From positions 1 through 30,969 of the IMG/VR virus record IMGVR_UViG_3300008267_000224: 30,969 nt of DNA; one strand, written 5' to 3'. The first letter of the stretch is position 1. Each line of letters starts with the position of its first letter. Made by a program: the position numbers and the translations under genes. Below, piece after piece: positions 8,539 through 15,950 of this stretch. Below the pieces are notes generated by a model. That model was not told the DNA's origin. It ran no database searches and worked only from the letters and a program-made list of their open reading frames with translations. The DNA comes from a virus. Its lineage: Duplodnaviria > Caudoviricetes.

Positions 8539-9774
8539 TTATATTTCACCCGTCACTCTATTCAACCAACCTTTATTTTTTGAGTGGAACCAAACGGTCC
8601 AATACTTAGGATTTTTATCTACAGGGAAAGTTCTTTTTATTTTAAAAGTTTGTTCTTTTAATATGTAATTTATTTCATTATAGTCGGCATCTTTTCTATA
8701 CATTTCTCTATCCGTTTCATCATGGAATGTTATTGCCCAAAAATCATAATCATTTTCTGTTAAGTCTTCTTTATTTAAATTAATCACATACTCAAAAGTT
8801 TTTAAAAAACTATTTTCCCATTCTAAATCATTTTTATACTCACTATTTGGTGGGTATTTTTTTTGTAGTGTTTCAGGATGGACTAACCTTTTAGAAAATA
8901 ACAATCCAGCATATTTTTCATAATCTCTTAAAGTTCTTTCTTTACCGAACCCATATACACCCTGATCCATTAAATCGTTACCGTCCATACCAAACAATTT
9001 TCTATTAAGATCGTGTGCCCGATTATTTGATTTCCACCACTCTTTTTGGTCGTCCCAATGTTTTGTTCTACCATTTCTTGTGTACTCATGCCATATTAAA
9101 ACTTTATGTGGGTGAAATAAATCATATCCATGTGTAAAAGCCCTTACGGCTATTGATATTTCTTCCCCGTGAAAATAAAAATCAGGGTTATGTTGTACTT
9201 CTTTTGAAAACTGACCTAATGTAAAACAAAAATGAGCAGAATAAAATCTGGCACGTACTGGTTCACTTAATGTTTCCCAATTTGGTATTATTTCGGGTAA
9301 AAAGAATACAGCACCTTCAGGTATAAACTTATCAAAAACCATACGCCAAGGAACCCTTACTCTACCGTTTGGGTCGTTTTGTGGCGTATATGAAGAAACG
9401 TAACCGGTTAGTAGTGGTTTTTTATGTCCTTTTTTTTGAAGATGATTAATCATATTTATCATCTCTTCATCCCAATTTTTTTCAAATCTCATATGGGAAT
9501 CAATCTGTAAAGTATACTCTTCACCATTATATAGTTGTTGTACTTTATTTCTTGCCCAACAAACACCTTTGGCGTTTTCAAAAGATATGTTTATAATTCT
9601 AAAACGTTTATCATTTTCATATTCACTAAGGTCATCAAATTTATCATCTTTATTAAATTGTCTACAAATACCAAAAACTAAATTGTTTGGGTTTTTTGCA
9701 TTATCTATACATGATTTAATTGTCGGTATAAGTTCAGGGTCTCTGTAAGACGCTATTTGAACAAAAATTTTCAT
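8539..9774 (-). CDS. GT-A fold glycosyltransferase, GT60 / Pfam GlcNAc type (polypeptide alpha-N-acetylglucosaminyltransferase-like)
   Basis: IFVQIASYRDPEL, GVCWAR..QQLY.GE.Y.LQIDSHMRF..WD (DSH metal motif), FHGEEISIAVRAFTHGYDLFHP and WHEY match the Gnt1/GT60 family pattern. Confidence 0.88.
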   Translation of the reverse strand: MKIFVQIASYRDPELIPTIKSCIDNAKNPNNLVFGICRQFNKDDKFDDLSEYENDKRFRIINISFENAKGVCWARNKVQQLYNGEEYTLQIDSHMRFEKNWDEEMINMINHLQKKGHKKPLLTGYVSSYTPQNDPNGRVRVPWRMVFDKFIPEGAVFFLPEIIPNWETLSEPVRARFYSAHFCFTLGQFSKEVQHNPDFYFHGEEISIAVRAFTHGYDLFHPHKVLIWHEYTRNGRTKHWDDQKEWWKSNNRAHDLNRKLFGMDGNDLMDQGVYGFGKERTLRDYEKYAGLLFSKRLVHPETLQKKYPPNSEYKNDLEWENSFLKTFEYVINLNKEDLTENDYDFWAITFHDETDREMYRKDADYNEINYILKEQTFKIKRTFPVDKNPKYWTVWFHSKNKGWLNRVTGEI

Positions 9775-9798
9775 AATAAAAATGTAAACCCACTTAAA

Positions 9799-9806
9799 TA
9801 TAAATA
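9799..9806 (-). promoter_or_regulatory. TATTTATA motif upstream of the glycosyltransferase
   Basis: Exact copy 24 nt upstream of the ATG at 9774. Confidence 0.5.
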
Positions 9807-9810
9807 AAGG

Positions 9811-10254
9811 TTAAGTACAAGGACATAAATCGCCTATTTGTGTTATTATTCCACCAAAACCTGCAATTAAATTTGGAGTAGTAGATGATGAAAAAGAAAA
9901 TGTGGTTGGGAAATTAATTGTTGTGGTTGTGGTTATCCCACTAGGACAACAAGGATCATATGAAAAAGTAATTAAACCAGGATGTCCCCATATTACTTTA
10001 TATTCTTTACAAATACAAGGACTTGGTGGTGGTACTAGGCAGTCTTGTATTTCATTATAAACACAACCATTTGTATCTATTAGTCTTAATAATAAAACAT
10101 CTTCACCTGGAAAATAATCTTCACTATCTATTATAATATTTGGTGGTATAAAAGTATTTCCTGATATAAAAAAACAAGACGTATTAGCCGTTGTACATAA
10201 AAATACATCATATGGTGATTGTCCGCCAGTAACTCCTGAAATTTCTATTAACAT
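9811..10254 (-). CDS. Small Cys-rich structural protein, paralogue family A plus a C-terminal Cys module
   Basis: GQSPYDVFLCT...CFFI...LRLIDTNGC, then a PPPSP linker and a CIC...CC...CPC domain. Confidence 0.6.
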   Translation of the reverse strand: MLIEISGVTGGQSPYDVFLCTTANTSCFFISGNTFIPPNIIIDSEDYFPGEDVLLLRLIDTNGCVYNEIQDCLVPPPSPCICKEYKVIWGHPGLITFSYDPCCPSGITTTTTINFPTTFSFSSSTTPNLIAGFGGIITQIGDLCPCT

Positions 10255-10258
10255 ATTT

Positions 10259-10266
10259 TATAAATA
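10259..10266 (-). promoter_or_regulatory. TATTTATA motif, putative late promoter
   Basis: Exact copy 4 nt upstream of the ATG at 10254. Confidence 0.55.
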
Positions 10267-10271
10267 TAAAT

Positions 10272-10562
10272 CTATATGAAATCTAAACCATCGCCGTCTT
10301 CAGTAGTCAATATAAAACCTTCTTCAGTTATTATGAAATAAGTTTCATTAATACAACTAATCGTTTTAAACACAAAACAATCATTACTATCAACAACTTT
10401 AACTAAAAAATTTGTCGCGGTAGAGTAAAAAGTCGACGCCGTATAAGTTCCGGCAGTATTACCTAAATAAGAACAATTTTCACCGTTTTGGTCACATAAA
10501 AAAAAGGTAAGTGGTGGTACTCCGCCCGTAATTCCTGATATGGTAAAAACTTGTGTTGTCAT
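10272..10562 (-). CDS. Small structural protein, paralogue family A, with acidic C-terminal tail
   Basis: GGVPPLTFFLCD...CSYL...VKVVDSNDC; tail IITEEGFILTTEDGDGL; ATGA overlap with the upstream gene. Confidence 0.6.
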   Translation of the reverse strand: MTTQVFTISGITGGVPPLTFFLCDQNGENCSYLGNTAGTYTASTFYSTATNFLVKVVDSNDCFVFKTISCINETYFIITEEGFILTTEDGDGLDFI

Positions 10563-12814
10563 AATACAAAATAAGATGGATTATGTACTGTTCCTGCGGA
10601 TGTCACTCCAGTATAACTATAAATTAAAGTGTATGGACCATTAGATCCGCCAGTTGTTTGGGTTCTTGCACTTATTGAAAAATCTCTACTATCAACATTA
10701 GGGTTAGTTAATTGAACGGCGTATTGATATGTATGCCTTACATATGCATTTAATGAAGTGTTCACGTAACTATTAAGGGTAAATGCCGAAGTATTAAAAT
10801 TGAATGTTTGAGCACTTAGTGATGGTGCAATAACATAAGGGTTACCACTAAACACTATCGTTTCATTTAAATATTTTGGTACAGCAAAATACCTTCTCGT
10901 CGTTTCTACAAAAGTTTGTGTTACACCTGTAGCAGCACACATTCCAATCACCGCAAATGGTACGATAAATTTACTTCCAGTTAATGTTGTTCCAGTAAAG
11001 TTATTTGTAATACCGGTGGAAGATGTGTTCATTACATTTACTACCCCACGTGCGGTTGCGGTGAGGCCAGAATTACTACACCCAGTTAAGGAAATACCTA
11101 AATTTGTTATTGGCATAGTAAATCTTAGTGTATAATTTGGGCTAGTAAACCCGGTTGTTACCACTGTTGATGGGTGTATGTAATAAATTCTTTCTGTTGT
11201 GCCGTCGCCGCAAAAAGTGGTTCCCGTATTGTTTGGTATTCTTAATTCGTAGTATCTGTAATATCTAATATCTGTATTATCAAAAGGTGTCCCGCTATAT
11301 GATCCACTAGCGGATGCACATGGAAACCCATATAGTCCTGAAGTTGATGAGGAGTTAATAGACGAATAATTTAAATAATATGTATTAAAATCATTAATAT
11401 TATTAAACTCCATATCAATAACCCCCGTTCCTCCACTAATATATTTTTTATAAGTAATTATATTTGTAGATGGATTTTCACAAAACTTAGTTTGATTGCC
11501 TTGAAGTACGTAAGAATTGGATGTGCTACCACTTAATAGGAAACTATAGCTAACTCCATGCGGAGTGTAAAATTCAGTTCTATAATCAGAATTAGTGATT
11601 GAATTACCACTTCCATCTGATAAAACGTATTTAGAAAAATTATCCGCTTGGTATGGGCATCCGCTAATTTGAAAACTAACAAAAGGCCTATTACAATTAC
11701 CAGGATTATATGTAATTGAAGAAAATACTATTTGATATGAAGGAAAAGTAAGTCCGCATGGGTTAGATTCCATTGTATCTAAACAAGTAAAATAATAATC
11801 CCAATTTGTTTGTGGGTTTAAGGTATTGGGGATTACTTGTAATATAATCTTATCTCCGGGATTTCTAGTTAGTCCTGTTAAACAAGTTACTTTTTTTATA
11901 TAATCTCCACTATTCCTGGTGCTTGCACTTTTTGGTAATGTGTTAATTGTAAAATCACTATTAGTTAAGTTTTTACCCATAACAATGTCTTCTAAAAGAA
12001 GTTCACTTTGGTATGCGGATCCTGAATAAAACATTCTTAGTCTATCTGGTACGTCAAATCCACAAAATCTCCAAGCAAAATAATTAGTAGTACCTGTTAA
12101 TAAAAAAGTACTATCAAGAGATACTGGCGGTACCCCATTAGACGCACTTAAAAAATTTACTCTGTGTTTGTATCTAGGGTCATTGCTAGTTGTCCCATTT
12201 GAACAAGTAAAAGGGTTGACTGTGACCGTTGTTGTATCAAAACATTCAAGTTCCGCAGGTATAAAACCTGTTCCTCCTGTTTGTGAAAAGGTTAAACCAC
12301 TTAATTTGATTTTATCAATAATTGGTTTATATGTGCCTTCTTGTGCAAAAATAGCAGTGTTTCCTGTTAAAGGGTGTGTAAAATTATAAGGAGTATATGC
12401 GGTTCCAAACCCTGAAATATAAGCCGGTGTTGTTGTGTTTCCTGTTTCATACCAATATATTCTATAATCGGTTATGTTAGAATCACAACTACCCGTAATT
12501 CTTCCAGCAACTAATCTACCCACAGTTGACGCACTATATGAATTAAAATCTAAATTACAGGTTGTACAAAGATTATTTGATTGTATAGGTATATCACAAT
12601 AACAACCCGTTCCAATATCAAAAGCTCTAATTTGTGATGTTCCGTCTGGGACGTTATTTATATAATACGGACATTGATTTCCTGTTATTGCCGATAAATT
12701 TACGTTTGTTTGAAAGGCTGTTGTAAAACTATCAACATCACTATATAAATTTAATACCCCTCCTAATGTTGTTGTCCCTGTGTATGTTAAACATGTTACT
12801 GCTGAAAATGACAT
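10559..12814 (-). CDS. Ser/Thr/Cys-rich putative fibre or receptor-binding structural protein
   Basis: 751 aa, beta-rich composition, position in the tail module; no family recognised. Confidence 0.5.
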   Translation of the reverse strand: MSFSAVTCLTYTGTTTLGGVLNLYSDVDSFTTAFQTNVNLSAITGNQCPYYINNVPDGTSQIRAFDIGTGCYCDIPIQSNNLCTTCNLDFNSYSASTVGRLVAGRITGSCDSNITDYRIYWYETGNTTTPAYISGFGTAYTPYNFTHPLTGNTAIFAQEGTYKPIIDKIKLSGLTFSQTGGTGFIPAELECFDTTTVTVNPFTCSNGTTSNDPRYKHRVNFLSASNGVPPVSLDSTFLLTGTTNYFAWRFCGFDVPDRLRMFYSGSAYQSELLLEDIVMGKNLTNSDFTINTLPKSASTRNSGDYIKKVTCLTGLTRNPGDKIILQVIPNTLNPQTNWDYYFTCLDTMESNPCGLTFPSYQIVFSSITYNPGNCNRPFVSFQISGCPYQADNFSKYVLSDGSGNSITNSDYRTEFYTPHGVSYSFLLSGSTSNSYVLQGNQTKFCENPSTNIITYKKYISGGTGVIDMEFNNINDFNTYYLNYSSINSSSTSGLYGFPCASASGSYSGTPFDNTDIRYYRYYELRIPNNTGTTFCGDGTTERIYYIHPSTVVTTGFTSPNYTLRFTMPITNLGISLTGCSNSGLTATARGVVNVMNTSSTGITNNFTGTTLTGSKFIVPFAVIGMCAATGVTQTFVETTRRYFAVPKYLNETIVFSGNPYVIAPSLSAQTFNFNTSAFTLNSYVNTSLNAYVRHTYQYAVQLTNPNVDSRDFSISARTQTTGGSNGPYTLIYSYTGVTSAGTVHNPSYFVL

Positions 12815-12856
12815 ATATTAATTTATTACGTTTGTTTATTATTATCCATTTTATAA

Positions 12857-15800
12857 TTATGGTGTCGGAAATGAACAACCATTAACATCCAATGTATCGT
12901 GAACACAATAAGCACCTGTTGTTAACCCATCCCAAGTTGATTGATCACTAACATTCGGTATGTCAGTTAAATCTCTATATTTAGTTTCTGTTAAATTTTG
13001 AGATAACCATTCTTGTGTTCCAATACAAATAGTAGTATATGTTTTTCCATCATTTCCAACATAAGTACCTGTTTGTCCATTACTTAATGTTGTAGTTATT
13101 TTTTTTAATCTTAAAGAATAACCATCCTTTTTAGGATAAAAATTATTATTTACACACGCAAATTTTTGATCATTACTGTATAATTGACCCAGATATCCCA
13201 AAGTTGCGAATGGGTTATCCCTTGTCCATAAATTACCATTTGCACCTAAAGTTGAGAACCCTCCCAGTGCTCTTCCCGCACTTCCAACACCATTAAACCC
13301 AACTTCATTAGTTGCTCCTAAATTTGGGCTAATCCAATAAGTTAATCCGGTCACTTTTAATTTACCACCAACAGTGTTCGATAAATAATTGCCTGCTGCC
13401 CCTAAATAATCTGCTAAAACTTGATAATCCGATATTGTAGGAACTTCCCACCCAATTGCACCAATATTTCTAACATCTGTCGCAGCATACCAATTATACA
13501 AATACCCAAAACAAATAGGTGTGGGTGTAGGGCTAGGTGTAGGAGTAGGTATAATTTGGTTTATTTCAAATGTGTATCCTGACATTGAACAATTTATTGG
13601 TGTTGCTGTAGGTGTTGGAGTTGGTGTTGGAGTGACTCCTTCGGTACAAACAACGTCATATACTATTTGTAGACCCAAACTAAATGGTGCATCAGCCAAC
13701 GGATCATAATCACCACTACAATTAGATTTTATTTGTAAAGTATTGTTTAATATATCTATACTGTATTCACCAATTTCAGTTATACCGGAAAGTATACCTT
13801 CTATTGTGGATTGCCATAAACTATCTTGTGGTACGTCATTTAGTGTTGTTGCGGTATAGAAACTTTGTGTATAAGCACTTCCATTAATATTAATCTGAGC
13901 AATGAATTCCGCACTATTAAAACTACAACCAGTATAACCAGACGTGATGTCCATATAACCTTCATTCAACATTTCATCAAACCCCCTTTGTGTTCCGGTT
14001 GTGGTAGTAAATTCGTCTTCACAAATTGTAAAAAAATTATAACTACTAAGAAGTAGTCCTTTACAAAAAATTTCAAATCTCTGTTCAGAAACACACCCAT
14101 TATTATCTGTAACTATAACCGCATATGTATCAGCAGTTAAACCTGTCACTATTGCTCCTGTTTGACTATATGGTACATTATCTGACCATTCATAAGTAAA
14201 AGGTGGTCGTCCTTGATAAATTACAACCTCAGCCTTGCCATTACTACCATTTGTACAATCAGTTTCATTTACTGAAAATACTATTTCAGGTGTTGTTGAA
14301 ATTGTTACAGTTTCTGAAACTATACACCCCGCGTCGTCAACAACATTTACTGTGTATGTTCCCGCATTTAGGTTATAAAAAGTATGTGCTGAAAATGGTT
14401 TATTTATTGATGATTGGCCGTCACTTAATATATAATCTAAAGGTCCGGTGTAACCACTAGAAACCTTAATTTCTATTTCACCATTATATTGACCACAAGA
14501 CGCATTTGTTGTTGTTGCGGTTATTGTAAATTTTTGCACAGAATTAATAGATAAAGTAGTATTATAAAAACAATTTGTACCAGATCCTGAAATAGCTAAA
14601 ATATAATTATCATTTAATAAATTATTAAACGTATATGTTTGGTCTTGAGTCGTATTTGTTAATAAAGTCCCATTTTGGCCGGATAAAACATAAGTGTAAA
14701 AACCATTTTGACCTGCAAGTTGCACTTTAACACTACCATTTTGTTGGTTGCAATTTGAATTTGTTATTATTGTATCTACAACATTAAACCCGTCTTGGGG
14801 GATTAAATTCCCGGTTAAATTTATTTCACAAAAATTTGCATCCCTAACATTAAGAATATATGAACCACTACTTAAATTAGTAAGTATTATGGTGTCATCA
14901 AAAGTATAACCTACTTGACCGGTAGTTGCGGAATAATAAAGTGGTCGTGATCCTCCGGTTATTGTATAAGTTAATGTTCCATCAGAGGCAAAACAAGAAG
15001 GGTTTACCGAAGTAAGAAGTCCTAACCCTAAAGGATCAACAACACCTATTAGTTCACTTTTTGTTGTCTGACAACCTAAACTATCGGTAACAGTACAGAT
15101 ATATGAACCTTGTGTTAGTCCAGTTATTAGTGATGTTGTTTCACCATTAGACCATAAATAGGTGTATGGTGCGGTTCCTGTTATCCCTGTTACTGCCAAT
15201 TTTCCTTTATCGATCACGCAGTTTGATGTGTCAACCTTCCAAAAACCAAAATCAACACCAACACTAGGTGAAATTAGAATTGTTCCTGTATTTGCCGATA
15301 CGTTACCATAATCAACCATAGTAACGTAATAAGTACCTGCACTTAAATTAGTAAATTGGTATGGTAGGGTGTTTGATGATTGTAAATCGATTAAATTACT
15401 GTCTTTATATATGAAAAAACTATAAGGTGATGAAGAGCTACTACCATTAACATAAAAACTTCCATTATCTAAACCGCAAGTTGTACCAGAAACGTTATAG
15501 GTACTAACCACAAAACAATCTGAAATAACTATATTGACAAAAACATCTTCATTAACACCACCTGACGAATCATTAATTCTAAACGTATATGTACCAGCAC
15601 TTAAACCACTAAAAGTGAAGGGACCTAATCCTGTTTGTGACCCTAAAGTACCAGGTATTTCATTATTGATGGTATATATTGGTTGTCCATTAAATACGTT
15701 TATAATTGTTGTTCCTGATCCGGCGTAACACGTACCTGTGACTGTAAAATTATAATTTAATGGCCCTTGGTTACAGTTACTTGTACAGGTTGATGACACA

Positions 15801-15949
15801 TCATAAATTATCCCTTGTGTTGTTGCGGAATAATTAGAATCAATACAAACATTAATAATAGTACTCGCAAACCCTTCTTCTTTTAAACCGCAACAGTTTA
15901 TAAAGTTATAATACCCACCCGATGTAAAACCTGTTATACAATACGCCAT
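12857..15949 (-). CDS. Large fibre/adhesin-like protein: SprB-like repeats, PT linkers and a C-terminal circularly permuted Fib_succ_major (FISUMP) domain
   Basis: About 7 repeats of the type GTAPYTYLWSNGETTSLITGLTQGSYICTVTDSLGC; FISUMP motifs GYLYNWYA, GWEVPT, GGKLK, W.SPN.GATNE.GF, GYSLR and DGKTYTTICIGTQEWLSQNL. Confidence 0.8.
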   Translation of the reverse strand: MAYCITGFTSGGYYNFINCCGLKEEGFASTIINVCIDSNYSATTQGIIYDVSSTCTSNCNQGPLNYNFTVTGTCYAGSGTTIINVFNGQPIYTINNEIPGTLGSQTGLGPFTFSGLSAGTYTFRINDSSGGVNEDVFVNIVISDCFVVSTYNVSGTTCGLDNGSFYVNGSSSSSPYSFFIYKDSNLIDLQSSNTLPYQFTNLSAGTYYVTMVDYGNVSANTGTILISPSVGVDFGFWKVDTSNCVIDKGKLAVTGITGTAPYTYLWSNGETTSLITGLTQGSYICTVTDSLGCQTTKSELIGVVDPLGLGLLTSVNPSCFASDGTLTYTITGGSRPLYYSATTGQVGYTFDDTIILTNLSSGSYILNVRDANFCEINLTGNLIPQDGFNVVDTIITNSNCNQQNGSVKVQLAGQNGFYTYVLSGQNGTLLTNTTQDQTYTFNNLLNDNYILAISGSGTNCFYNTTLSINSVQKFTITATTTNASCGQYNGEIEIKVSSGYTGPLDYILSDGQSSINKPFSAHTFYNLNAGTYTVNVVDDAGCIVSETVTISTTPEIVFSVNETDCTNGSNGKAEVVIYQGRPPFTYEWSDNVPYSQTGAIVTGLTADTYAVIVTDNNGCVSEQRFEIFCKGLLLSSYNFFTICEDEFTTTTGTQRGFDEMLNEGYMDITSGYTGCSFNSAEFIAQININGSAYTQSFYTATTLNDVPQDSLWQSTIEGILSGITEIGEYSIDILNNTLQIKSNCSGDYDPLADAPFSLGLQIVYDVVCTEGVTPTPTPTPTATPINCSMSGYTFEINQIIPTPTPSPTPTPICFGYLYNWYAATDVRNIGAIGWEVPTISDYQVLADYLGAAGNYLSNTVGGKLKVTGLTYWISPNLGATNEVGFNGVGSAGRALGGFSTLGANGNLWTRDNPFATLGYLGQLYSNDQKFACVNNNFYPKKDGYSLRLKKITTTLSNGQTGTYVGNDGKTYTTICIGTQEWLSQNLTETKYRDLTDIPNVSDQSTWDGLTTGAYCVHDTLDVNGCSFPTP
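13517..13637 (-). repeat. Two short Pro-Thr tracts flanking a Cys-containing spacer
   Basis: [40 protein letters not shown]. Confidence 0.8.
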
Positions 15950-15950
15950 T

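Noticed and set aside
12857-13516. Diversity-generating retroelement targeting the FISUMP domain
   Set aside because: No reverse transcriptase and no adenine-variant template repeat seen in this window. A distant DGR elsewhere in the genome cannot be excluded.
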